Of a stretch of 64,000 nucleotides of DNA, positions 9,125-18,344 are shown piece by piece. The stretch lies in NCBI GenBank assembly GCA_965249005.1, contig CBDFLD010000016.1, positions 342,264-406,263 on the forward strand, given 5' to 3'. Origin of the DNA: Acidobacteriota bacterium. GTDB taxonomy: Bacteria > Acidobacteriota > UBA6911. The first letter of the stretch is position 1. Each line of letters starts with the position of its first letter. The position numbers and the translations under genes were made by a program. The notes under the pieces are model-generated. The model was not told where the DNA came from and did not search any database. It was given only the letters and a program-made list of their open reading frames with translations.

Positions 9125-10335
9125 GCTGCGCTCTCCTCTCTAGTATTCAGAACCGTCCCGAGGGCTCTTTCCAGGCCATCGGTGGCCCGCTCCATCGAGT
9201 AGTCGTCCGCTTTTCGCAAGACCGCCGCTCGGGTCGAATCGTTGTTTTGTCGACAAAGTTGGAACAAATCCTTCATCCGGGCCAACAACAAATCCACGCC
9301 GCCCAGAGGAAAAGTGAATCCCGTCCGCCCTTCATCAATGAGGTCCGGGGCACAACCCACGGCATCGCTCACAACAGCCGGCTTGCCGCACGCCATTGAT
9401 TCGTTGATGACAAGACCCCACGTCTCCGCCCCATCCGATGGAAGGACAAGAGCATCGGCCATTTGATAATAGGTGGGAAGATCCGTCTGGTTGCAAAACC
9501 CCGAGAAATGGATCCGTCCATGGAACTCCCGTGCCTTCTCCTTGAGACTCAGGCACAACGGACCGTCCCCGACGAACACCACGTGCACATCCTCGAATGC
9601 GGGGTCGCGAACGAGTTCGATGGCGGCTCGGATCAAGTCGGTGGGGCGCTTCTTCTCGGTCATCTTTCCGACGAAAGCGAAGACAAAACCTTCCTTGGAA
9701 ATTCCGAAGCGGTGTCGAAGAGCATCCGCTGCCCCATTCTCGGCCGCCTTCGCAGCCCGATCTGCAAAGAAGCGATTGTCGACGAAGTGAGGCACGAAAA
9801 ACAACGCGTCGTCCAGCACCCCGTAGTGCTTCAGGTAGTCCCTGTTTCGGAAACCGACGTGAAGATGGGCGCTCAATCGCTGCAAGAACCAGCGATACGG
9901 GAGGTACTTGACCGCAGTGACCCAACGAGCCCGTGGTGTGCACAGCTGTGAATCACTCCGCATCAGGACGGGAACTCCGTGCTTGGAACAAGCCCCGATC
10001 GTCTGGAGCGAACTTTTGTGATTCCACCCCACAACCAAAAATGCGTCAAATTGCCTGGCCTCGATTACATCGTGGATCTCAGGAGTGTCACAGCCTGAGA
10101 AACTCGCCACGCTCGGGTTGTCTGCAACGTTTCGTAGCCACGAGAACCGGTAGCCTTCGAGTAAACCCGGCGTGTCCCACTCGAACTCCACTCCAAAGCC
10201 CGCGCTCTTTTGGCCTTGGGCACTCTGCCGGTGGGCGTAAAAAATCTCCAAATCAAGCCGGGACGCCAAGTGTCGAAACCACGGCGAATAGTATTGAATG
10301 GGATGCGTGATACTGACCCCGACCCGGTAACTCAT
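9121..10335 (-). CDS. GT4-family glycosyltransferase
   Basis: The EX7E motif is LPSDGAETWGLVINESMACGKPAVVS...GRTGFTF. The likely start is MSYRVGVS at 10335; the ORF is open to 10437. Confidence 0.85.
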   Translation of the reverse strand: MSYRVGVSITHPIQYYSPWFRHLASRLDLEIFYAHRQSAQGQKSAGFGVEFEWDTPGLLEGYRFSWLRNVADNPSVASFSGCDTPEIHDVIEARQFDAFLVVGWNHKSSLQTIGACSKHGVPVLMRSDSQLCTPRARWVTAVKYLPYRWFLQRLSAHLHVGFRNRDYLKHYGVLDDALFFVPHFVDNRFFADRAAKAAENGAADALRHRFGISKEGFVFAFVGKMTEKKRPTDLIRAAIELVRDPAFEDVHVVFVGDGPLCLSLKEKAREFHGRIHFSGFCNQTDLPTYYQMADALVLPSDGAETWGLVINESMACGKPAVVSDAVGCAPDLIDEGRTGFTFPLGGVDLLLARMKDLFQLCRQNNDSTRAAVLRKADDYSMERATDGLERALGTVLNTREESAA

Positions 10336-11489
10336 GACGCGTCCACACTCCTGGATAGGATTCCGGCTGCCCTCAAAGCCGGGGATAGAATGCGTGCCAC
10401 CGCGCGGTGAGCTTCCGGCGTCCAGTGGCCGTTCCAACGAAAATAGACCGGCTCGTCGGCACTCATCCGGCCGAAGAGAGCCGGTGTTGTCAGATTGAGG
10501 TACCAGGTCCCTTCCTCGGTCAACCGCCGGGCCAGAAGTTCATGTTGCAGGACGGGCTCTCCGGCTAGCAGCACCAGGAGCTGCGAACCTTCGGCGTTCG
10601 TCTCCCAGCGCAGCTGCTGGAGAAGACGGTTCAAGAGCCGAACCTGTTCTTCACAGCCTATGGGCTTCGAGCGGTCCGCAGCGGAAGACTCATTCGTGAT
10701 TGGGCGAGTGGTGGCCGCGGCCTTCTCCCCTTGCGCCCGCCCTGAGAGTACGGAATAAACCAGCCTCACAAGATCCGAGTTCTTCGAGAACCAGTGGGCC
10801 GTGCGCGAGCGTCGCTCCACTGGAGACTTGAAAAGAGACGTATACGTCGAGGGCACCTCGTTGAGGATGCCGTGGTCCCAGAACGTCTCCTTGCTCACCG
10901 GGATGTTCTGCAATCGCAGATGATCTTCTTCTGCCAGTTCGAAGTAAGGCTTCGCCCGGCCATAACGTACGGAGTACATGTTGTCCCGATAGTCATTTTG
11001 GTAGACCGTCAAGACGATCAGATCGGGTTGATAGGTGCGGACATGGTGTCGGTAGAGCAATAGTTCCTGATCGGTTCCGTATCCCGGGATACCAAAGTTG
11101 AGGCACTCCACGTCCGGGTTGCGTGCCGCGATGAGATTGCTGAATCGTTCACCCTCTCGTACCCCCATTCCCCAGGTAAAGGAGTCTCCGATGAAGGCGG
11201 TGCGCGCTTTTCCGTTCCTCTGGACCTGAAACTCTTCATCCCAGAACCCTTGGGTGTTGCTCCGGACCGCAACTCCTTCCACATCGACCAGGTCCATCAA
11301 TTGTGTGATACCTGGTTTCATTCGCCAGCCAAGGAGACGATCATACTGAAGCACAGAAAACATGGTGTCGGAGTGGCGACCGATCCACACATTCGAAATG
11401 CGGAGAAGGGACTCAGCCACGAGGAGACCTACGGCTGATCCGGCAACAATCAGAGCTATCGAGCTAGCAAGGCTACGCCAACGCATCAT
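10332..11489 (-). CDS. SGNH/GDSL-family hydrolase with N-terminal membrane anchor, a probable polysaccharide acyl-esterase or acyltransferase
   Basis: It has an N-terminal transmembrane helix. AFIGDSFTWG is the GDS(L) block I, and block III/V-like motifs follow downstream. Confidence 0.65.
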   Translation of the reverse strand: MMRWRSLASSIALIVAGSAVGLLVAESLLRISNVWIGRHSDTMFSVLQYDRLLGWRMKPGITQLMDLVDVEGVAVRSNTQGFWDEEFQVQRNGKARTAFIGDSFTWGMGVREGERFSNLIAARNPDVECLNFGIPGYGTDQELLLYRHHVRTYQPDLIVLTVYQNDYRDNMYSVRYGRAKPYFELAEEDHLRLQNIPVSKETFWDHGILNEVPSTYTSLFKSPVERRSRTAHWFSKNSDLVRLVYSVLSGRAQGEKAAATTRPITNESSAADRSKPIGCEEQVRLLNRLLQQLRWETNAEGSQLLVLLAGEPVLQHELLARRLTEEGTWYLNLTTPALFGRMSADEPVYFRWNGHWTPEAHRAVARILSPALRAAGILSRSVDAS

Positions 11490-12207
11490 GATTTCTATCC
11501 TGTTGGGGCCGTACTCCTTCCACGCAGATACCCGCTCCGTTGATTACGCGTGCTTCATCCTCTACCTGCTCGATGGTCGGGATTCGGCTGTCGAGGTAAG
11601 ACTTTTCTTGGACCCGATCAAATCCTGCCTCCTGGAACAGGAGAACGAGGCTCTTGGTATCGTACATCCATTTGTGCGCGTGAAAATTCGTCTGCCTTCG
11701 GTAGAGCCTGTAGAGCCAGGAACCCGCTCCAGGCTCCGAATCCATATGCAGGGACTTCATGAACTCTCTGGCGGGATCGTCTCCTGACTTGGATCCTTCT
11801 TTAGCCTCCAGGTACTGGTTGATGAGATACTCCAGATCGGGGACCACCAGGCGACACACACCGGACGGTCTCAAAACTCGCCGGCATTCCAGCAGCAGAG
11901 ATCGCGCGTGATCACGCGGTAGATGCTCCAGCAAGTGGGATGAATAGATCGCGGCAAAGTGGCGGTCCGGGAACGGTAGGCGCTTTTTGACGTTCAGCCG
12001 CCGGACGTTCCTCGGCCAGGGGATCTGGCTCTGGCGTCTGGGAACGAGGCCGATCAGGCTGAGCAAGTTCCTTACGCGCGGATGTCGTGCCAGAACCACC
12101 TGAAAAGAACCGTCGACGTTGAGCCAGTCGTCCGGCGCCGTCAGTCCGCAGCCAAGGTGTAAACGCTCTACTCTGGACTCACTTATGTGCATATTTTTGA
12201 TTTGCAA
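11473..12207 (-). CDS. class I SAM-dependent methyltransferase
   Basis: RLHLGCG is motif I, followed by YSSHLLEHL and a typical Methyltransf_11 layout. Confidence 0.7.
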   Translation of the reverse strand: MQIKNMHISESRVERLHLGCGLTAPDDWLNVDGSFQVVLARHPRVRNLLSLIGLVPRRQSQIPWPRNVRRLNVKKRLPFPDRHFAAIYSSHLLEHLPRDHARSLLLECRRVLRPSGVCRLVVPDLEYLINQYLEAKEGSKSGDDPAREFMKSLHMDSEPGAGSWLYRLYRRQTNFHAHKWMYDTKSLVLLFQEAGFDRVQEKSYLDSRIPTIEQVEDEARVINGAGICVEGVRPQQDRNHDALA

Positions 12208-13528
12208 CGGCCAGGTTGAAGACCTGGGACAACCGATCCGTCATGGACCGGGCGGTAAAGGGGGCGAACTTCTCCCAGCGGGTTGGCGGTGTATAGCTCG
12301 ATGGAAGCTCCAGAACGTTGGCCAGGCGTCGGTAAACTTCCTGGACCTGATCCGCGACAGGGCGCTCCGGCCCGAAGGTCTCCACAACGCCGGCTCGAGT
12401 ATCCCGCAGGATCGGTACGACGCTGCTCTGCTCGTGAAACACGGCGACGATTGGCCGTTGAGCGAGAATGTACGGAAATATCTTCGAGGCCGTGTAGTGC
12501 GGCTCCTGAGACCCAACGATTAGCAGTGCGTGCGAATCGATGAGGATTTGCAGCGCATCCAGGTAGGCAACTCGGCCGGGATGTTCATCGACATGCTTTT
12601 CGAGGCCGAGCTCTCTTGCGACGGGTAGCACTTGATAGAGTCCATTGGCGTTGGCTGCGTAGGTCGTTCCGATGAAATGAAGGCGCAAGCCCTCGAAAAC
12701 CTGCGGCTTCCGACAAAGACCAAGACGCACCGCTTCGAATACCGTACGGAGGGCCGGGATCATATCGGCTCCCCCTCTGCCAACGTAGCTCACGTGCAGC
12801 AACCCGTCACCGGGCGAAAAAAAACGATTGGAGCGCGGGTTTTGGCGCAGGTATTGAAAGTCCGACGCTTCGCCGCCATATGGGATCTCGGTGGCATCGG
12901 ATTCCTTGAGCCACCCATAGCGCGCGACGATTCCGTCGGTCGTACCCTTGGAGACTCCGATGATGTGCTGCACATTCTTCAGCACGTAGGGTTCCAAAAC
13001 GCTCGATACATGATGTGAGAGGTTGCGCTTCCAGTGCCCCTTTTTTCGCGGTTGATTGCGATAGATCGTGCTCACCCAGGGATCAATGTAATCAATCACG
13101 TAAGGAATTCGAAAGCACTCATGCGCGAGGCGAGCAATGACCGCGGGGATGAATGGCGGCACAGAGACGAAGACAAGATCCACCCGGATCTTGCGACACA
13201 AGCGCCACACCGCATACCAGTGGTTCCAGAAGCTTCGAATACCTATATCACTGAAACCCAGCTGTCTCGTCAATGGTACCGGCAGCGCACCCGTCCGGAT
13301 CACCTGCATGCGTTTTGGCACCAACTCCAGGTTCTCGAGATCGGGCGAACCCTCGAGAAACTTCGTCTTGGTTGCAATGACAGTAGGCTCCCAACCGAAC
13401 TCAGGGAGATGCCTGGCAAACAGTCGAATCCTCAAGGCCGGTGGCAGACTGCTCGGGGTGAAGTCCGGACCGACGATCAGGACTCGCTTGTTGCCGTTAG
13501 GTGTCGGACCGTTCATACCTTTACGCAC
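12179..13528 (-). CDS. glycosyltransferase (GT4-like, WcaI-type)
   Basis: 449 aa. It has the Rossmann-like VLIVGPDF N-terminus and a GT1/GT4 C-terminal fold, but lacks a perfect EX7E motif. Confidence 0.55.
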   Translation of the reverse strand: MRKGMNGPTPNGNKRVLIVGPDFTPSSLPPALRIRLFARHLPEFGWEPTVIATKTKFLEGSPDLENLELVPKRMQVIRTGALPVPLTRQLGFSDIGIRSFWNHWYAVWRLCRKIRVDLVFVSVPPFIPAVIARLAHECFRIPYVIDYIDPWVSTIYRNQPRKKGHWKRNLSHHVSSVLEPYVLKNVQHIIGVSKGTTDGIVARYGWLKESDATEIPYGGEASDFQYLRQNPRSNRFFSPGDGLLHVSYVGRGGADMIPALRTVFEAVRLGLCRKPQVFEGLRLHFIGTTYAANANGLYQVLPVARELGLEKHVDEHPGRVAYLDALQILIDSHALLIVGSQEPHYTASKIFPYILAQRPIVAVFHEQSSVVPILRDTRAGVVETFGPERPVADQVQEVYRRLANVLELPSSYTPPTRWEKFAPFTARSMTDRLSQVFNLAVANQKYAHK

Positions 13529-14743
13529 TCAGTTATCGAGGATCCTCAGGAGCTTGTCTTGTTCCCTGTCCCAGCAATAGGACTCGCGCGCGACCTTCCA
13601 GGATGCACGCTGAGCATCTCTCAGCAAGTCCGGGTTCTCGATGTAGTTCTGGAGGATCCGAGCCAACTCCTCGGGGCGGCCGGACGGATATAGGAAACCG
13701 ACCGACGGAATCCGATTCAGGAGCTCACGCTGGCCCGGTGTGTCGGTTGCCGCAATCGCCAATCCGGCCATGAGATAATTGAATATTTTGTTGGAAATCG
13801 TCCTTCTGCAGTTCTCGTGATCCGACCGCTCCAGTGCCAGCCCGACATCATACCGGTCCATCGTCCTCATCAGTCTTTCCGGCGCAACGAGTGGAGCGAA
13901 ATGGATTTGCGCTTGCACCCCCCGCTCGGCTACAAGCTTCATCAGACCGTCCCGGTAGCTGTCGCCGATGCGGCCGCGGAGATGGAGTTCGGCCTGCGAT
14001 CCCAACTCCGCCATGGACTCGATGGCATCTTCGATTCCTCTTCCGGGTCCAATCGTTTGCCCGAACCAATGGACGCGTAGAGGCAGAGAGAGTGTCCGCT
14101 TCACTGGTTCCTGCAATCCGGCAGACAGCGAGATGGGGAATACGTTGTGAAGTACCACGGGGGAGCAGACGCCGTATCGGGAAACAAGAAAACTCGCAAT
14201 GGCCTCCGATGGCACAGTAATGTAATCACACCGAGCCAGATATGTACTCTCGATGTGCTGTACGATCTTCGGTGGATTACTGTCAGCTTCGGTCAGGAGG
14301 TCTTCGCAATCAAAGCCGAGGCGCCCCCCCCATCGCTTTACTCCCGCCGCGGCGGCAGGAAGCGCACCCTGAGTGTGCGCAATGAACCAATCCGCCGGCT
14401 CCGATCCTGCAATGGAGCAAACGGCCTGCAAGCCTGGCATATAGGCCGATTCCGCCACCCAGGACCATCGAAGGCCGCGATCAAATCCCCACCTTGCTAG
14501 TTTTGTAGCCCCACCCATCCAGAGCCAGCGCCAAGCATGAATTCCGTTTCTTCTCACATCAACCACCTGAAGCCGCCATTTTCTCCCACTCATCAAAGCA
14601 AGATCGAATTGAGTCAACTCAGGATCGCATTGCCGGGACACGACGCGAACATCATGGCCTCTCGCGGAAAGTAGATCGGCTTCCCGGAGGGTCCTCGGCT
14701 GAAACGAAACGTGGTGCGGCGTAATAAGACAAATGCGTGCCAC
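13529..14743 (-). CDS. glycosyltransferase (GT1/GT4 family)
   Basis: 404 aa. The N-terminus MARICLITPHH and the RSDHENCRRTISNKIFNYLMAGLAIAATDTPGQRELL region fit a GT4 C-terminal domain. Confidence 0.6.
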   Translation of the reverse strand: MARICLITPHHVSFQPRTLREADLLSARGHDVRVVSRQCDPELTQFDLALMSGRKWRLQVVDVRRNGIHAWRWLWMGGATKLARWGFDRGLRWSWVAESAYMPGLQAVCSIAGSEPADWFIAHTQGALPAAAAGVKRWGGRLGFDCEDLLTEADSNPPKIVQHIESTYLARCDYITVPSEAIASFLVSRYGVCSPVVLHNVFPISLSAGLQEPVKRTLSLPLRVHWFGQTIGPGRGIEDAIESMAELGSQAELHLRGRIGDSYRDGLMKLVAERGVQAQIHFAPLVAPERLMRTMDRYDVGLALERSDHENCRRTISNKIFNYLMAGLAIAATDTPGQRELLNRIPSVGFLYPSGRPEELARILQNYIENPDLLRDAQRASWKVARESYCWDREQDKLLRILDN

Positions 14744-14758
14744 TTTGGACCTCTCGCA

Positions 14759-15634
14759 TCACCGAGTCTTTCTCAACCAAAGACTCTGGGCCATTCTTCC
14801 TCGCAAGTGCGGAAAATACTCGGCAAACGTCGGCTTGGTTCGCTGGAGATAATGACCGGCCCACAGCACCTCAAAATCGTTTGTCGACATGAGAAGGCAT
14901 TGAACGATGTATTGTTCGGTGTAGCCGGATTTCTCTCCCATTACCCATTTCTTGGGATAGTCATAGGGGAGAAAAATGTCGTGGATGTGAATCAGCACAC
15001 CGGGGGCTAGTTGAGGAATGATATTCAGGAAAAGAAAGACAACGTCGCTGCCGGTCTTGATTTGGTGGCTCGAGTCGATGAAAAGGATGTCATTTGCTTG
15101 CAGACTGGTGAGTAGCGCCTTCGACTGTACCGTCTCAACTCGCTGACTGTAGAATTCGTCCACCAATGGCTTCACATCGTTCCGAGGACTCGGGTCCACC
15201 GAAACCAATCGCGTATCCAAGTTTCCATCCAAGATAGCAAGGCGGGAGACCTTGGTGCTGTTTCCACTCCCGATTTCAACGATGGTACGGGGTCGATGCT
15301 CTCTAACAACGGTGTAGAGGATTTCCGCATCAGGGCTCGTGAACCACACCTGATCGAAACCGTAGGACACCGGGTTGGCAGTCGGCTCTTGTAAATCTTG
15401 AAAACGGTCCCGGTACTTTCCGAGAGCCGCAAAAAGGCAACTGGAACACGCCTGGCTCAGCGGTGGCGGAATCTCAAACTGAGGTTGGTCGAATTGACCC
15501 TGCTGATCCAGCAGCGCGAGTCGATTGTCTTCGATTCTGTCGACGGTCAATGTATCGATCCGAAGATTCAGATGCTTGAGCCAGCAGTTAACATATCGCT
15601 TCGCAGCAGTCGTGATCGCCATGCTACCTCGCAA
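14759..15634 (-). CDS. class I SAM-dependent methyltransferase (FkbM/TylF-like O-methyltransferase)
   Basis: IVEIGSGNSTK is motif I, followed by SVDPSP and LFIDSSH. Confidence 0.6.
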   Translation of the reverse strand: MRGSMAITTAAKRYVNCWLKHLNLRIDTLTVDRIEDNRLALLDQQGQFDQPQFEIPPPLSQACSSCLFAALGKYRDRFQDLQEPTANPVSYGFDQVWFTSPDAEILYTVVREHRPRTIVEIGSGNSTKVSRLAILDGNLDTRLVSVDPSPRNDVKPLVDEFYSQRVETVQSKALLTSLQANDILFIDSSHQIKTGSDVVFLFLNIIPQLAPGVLIHIHDIFLPYDYPKKWVMGEKSGYTEQYIVQCLLMSTNDFEVLWAGHYLQRTKPTFAEYFPHLRGRMAQSLWLRKTR

Positions 15635-17099
15635 GAACCAAAAGACGTGAGAGGTGTTGCCCGCCCGGTACCCAGCGGACCAATTCTGACAAGAGCGACG
15701 AGAACAGCAAGCGAAGGACGATGCAGTAGATCACCGTAAAAGTTAGTCCATAGACGGCTGCGATCGCAAAACTATGCAGATCAAGATCCCACCCGGAGCG
15801 CGCGCCCTCGCACATGACCCAGGAACCCAAGGCGGCGGCAACAGGGGGGATCAGACTGTTGAATATGACCCTGGGGGCAATGGAACGATTACGGCTCAGC
15901 CCATACAAGAGATACAGGTACCCAAATCCCTGCACCACCGTAAGCCCGATAAAGTACGCCGGAATGTTCAAGGGCAAGAACCAGTATAGCGACGCCGACG
16001 TTCCCAACAGAAGAAAGACGTCCACTTGGAGACATTGCTTCTGCTGCTGATTCGCCAGTGCCAGCATATAGACCCCGTGGTAGAGAGCCCAGGAGACCCC
16101 AGCGATGAACGCCCAGGGAAGAAGCGGCACGGCGTCCAGCCAGTTATCACCGTAGATGAGCAAGACCAGCGGCTCTGCGAGAATTGCACATACGACCGCA
16201 AGCGGGATCACTATCCAGGAAACGCTACTGAGCACGAGTCGACAGGCTCGTTCGTACGATGGTGTCTTCGGTTCGATGCGGGTAAGGACGGGATAAAGTG
16301 ATTGCAACAGTAGGAAAGCAAACTTGAAGCAAACGATTTGAGCCAAACCCACGGCCCTCCCGAATATCCCAAAACCCGCAAAGCCGTATATTCGTACGAA
16401 CACCGCACTCTCCAGAAGAGGCCGCCCGTACGTCGCGATCTCACTCAGGATCCGAGTGCGTCCGAACCGTAGTGCTGGTCCGTAATTCTTCGAGCTCCAT
16501 TTCCAGTTTGGTTTCCACTTTTTCACGAAAAACAGATCGTAGACGAACGGCAACGGGACGAGCATCCCCGGAAGGATGAGTGCATAAACGCCCAGCCCGT
16601 TGGCGGCCATCAGGACCGCTACCGAGGCATTCAACACCAGGCCTATCGCTTGCAAGGAACGCAGACGGCCCCAGTTCAAGTTTTTCTCCAGCATCTTTAC
16701 TCTAAACTCGCTGGGCCAGTGAAAAAGGAATATGGGAGACATGACGTGCAGAAAGAAGGCGATTCCACCGTAGGTTTCGTTCGACCACAGCAGTATGGCC
16801 GCCACATTGGTAATGACGAACATCCCCAGATGAATCACGCCCCCCGCGGTAAAATGATCCTGATAGTGGACATCTTTTGTTCCTCGAATCTGCAAGGTAT
16901 GGGCAACAAAGCTACGAAAGGAAAAAACGTAGAGAAAGCCAATGATCCCATTCACGAGTCCATATTGGCCGTAGACATCCGGCGAGAGGTACCTCACCAG
17001 AATCAGCGTAACCCCGAACTGGAGTACATCACGGAACATACTGAAGCTGGTATTCCACAACACGCCGCGCTGAGCTTGCTGAGCCAATGTGCGCATCAA
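15624..17099 (-). CDS. wzx: Wzx-type polysaccharide flippase (MOP superfamily)
   Basis: 491 aa with about 12-14 transmembrane helices. The N-terminus RGVLWNTSFSMFRDVLQFGVTLILVRYLSPDVYG is typical of Wzx/polysaccharide biosynthesis proteins. Confidence 0.8.
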   Translation of the reverse strand: MMRTLAQQAQRGVLWNTSFSMFRDVLQFGVTLILVRYLSPDVYGQYGLVNGIIGFLYVFSFRSFVAHTLQIRGTKDVHYQDHFTAGGVIHLGMFVITNVAAILLWSNETYGGIAFFLHVMSPIFLFHWPSEFRVKMLEKNLNWGRLRSLQAIGLVLNASVAVLMAANGLGVYALILPGMLVPLPFVYDLFFVKKWKPNWKWSSKNYGPALRFGRTRILSEIATYGRPLLESAVFVRIYGFAGFGIFGRAVGLAQIVCFKFAFLLLQSLYPVLTRIEPKTPSYERACRLVLSSVSWIVIPLAVVCAILAEPLVLLIYGDNWLDAVPLLPWAFIAGVSWALYHGVYMLALANQQQKQCLQVDVFLLLGTSASLYWFLPLNIPAYFIGLTVVQGFGYLYLLYGLSRNRSIAPRVIFNSLIPPVAAALGSWVMCEGARSGWDLDLHSFAIAAVYGLTFTVIYCIVLRLLFSSLLSELVRWVPGGQHLSRLLVLAR

Positions 17100-17207
17100 C
17101 TTCCCTGAGGAGAATCAAGAAGCGAAGTCGGAGTAATGTCGCCGGGGCTGAATCCGACTACCAGACCCGGTAAAAAAGCAACAGCAGTCCTGCTTGACCG
17201 CGGAGCC

Positions 17208-18311
17208 CTATTGGGCCCCGATGATGAGTAAGCTTGTAAAGATCCCGGAGATACCGTTGAGCAGGTTCTTGCCGATTCTCTTGGTCGTCGACCCGGGAAC
17301 GATGATCACATCGTTTCGCGCCAGCTCGACGTCGTTGGCCTTTCCCTTCATCACGTCGTTCACGTTGACGGCAATCTGAGTGGCGGATGATCCGTCCGGT
17401 TCGCGACGCATGATGGTGGTTTTGTTGGCGGAGGCAGTGTCGAGCATTCCACCAGCTGTGGCCAAAGCCTTGGAAAGCGTGATCCGTTCGTTCCTCCGGA
17501 TTTGAAACGCTCCCGACTTCTGCACATCTCCCAGGACGTAGTAGTAATGTCCCTCACGCTCGGGGACGGTGATGACGTCCCTGGAGTATATCGGAATGTT
17601 CAATCGATGGTTCCCGACCACGAGCAGGTCCTCCAGATCGACCTCGATGGTTTCCGAGTACCCATTTGGTTCAGAAGAGACCGGGATTCCTGCAGCCTTG
17701 CCATCGTCCGGCTCATCTTCACCTGAAGGAACTCTGTGAATGTACACCCTGGAGTAATCTGCGTCCTTTTCCAGTCCCCCGGCTAGCGATATCGCATCCA
17801 CCAGACTCATTTGGCGTGTCAGCTGGTAAGTGCCGGGCCTCTGGACGGAACCCAGCACATTGAAGAACTGGCTCTTGTATTCCGTTACCTTCACCGTTAC
17901 CTGGGGATCATTCAGTATGGAAGCCTCGAGCAGTGTGGCGATCTTGACCTCCGCATCCCGTGCCGCCAGACCTAGCAGCTGCACTTCATCGATAAAAGGG
18001 AGCAAAATCCGGCCCTTTGAATCCAGCGACAGGCTTTTTTGATTCAGTTCTGGAATCCCGAACACACTCACTTCGACAACATCGCCCGGTCCCAGCAAGT
18101 AATCCTGGGAGTGGCGCGATAGCAAAGCCAGTCTCTTGTTGAGGGACTCGCTATCGGGTTCCGAGGTTGCGTTTACGGCCTGTTGGCTGAGAAGTTGCTC
18201 GATGGAAAGAGGCACATGCTTCCGAGCCGTTTCATCTTCTGACAGATTCTGTGCCTTTACACTGCATGGGATCAGAAACAAAGCAAACATCAGCACCAAT
18301 GAGTTTTTCAT
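17208..18311 (-). CDS. wza: Wza-like polysaccharide export outer-membrane protein (Poly_export plus SLBB domains)
   Basis: It has a signal peptide (MKNSLVLMFALFLIPCSVKA). The Poly_export motif is LGPGDVVEVSVFG, and there are two soluble ligand-binding beta-grasp (SLBB) repeats (YQLTRQMSLVDAISLAGGL... and FQIRRNERITLSKALATAGGM...). Confidence 0.85.
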   Translation of the reverse strand: MKNSLVLMFALFLIPCSVKAQNLSEDETARKHVPLSIEQLLSQQAVNATSEPDSESLNKRLALLSRHSQDYLLGPGDVVEVSVFGIPELNQKSLSLDSKGRILLPFIDEVQLLGLAARDAEVKIATLLEASILNDPQVTVKVTEYKSQFFNVLGSVQRPGTYQLTRQMSLVDAISLAGGLEKDADYSRVYIHRVPSGEDEPDDGKAAGIPVSSEPNGYSETIEVDLEDLLVVGNHRLNIPIYSRDVITVPEREGHYYYVLGDVQKSGAFQIRRNERITLSKALATAGGMLDTASANKTTIMRREPDGSSATQIAVNVNDVMKGKANDVELARNDVIIVPGSTTKRIGKNLLNGISGIFTSLLIIGAQ

Positions 18312-18344
18312 AATACCTTCCTCAAGACTTCTTTCCCTTCACCG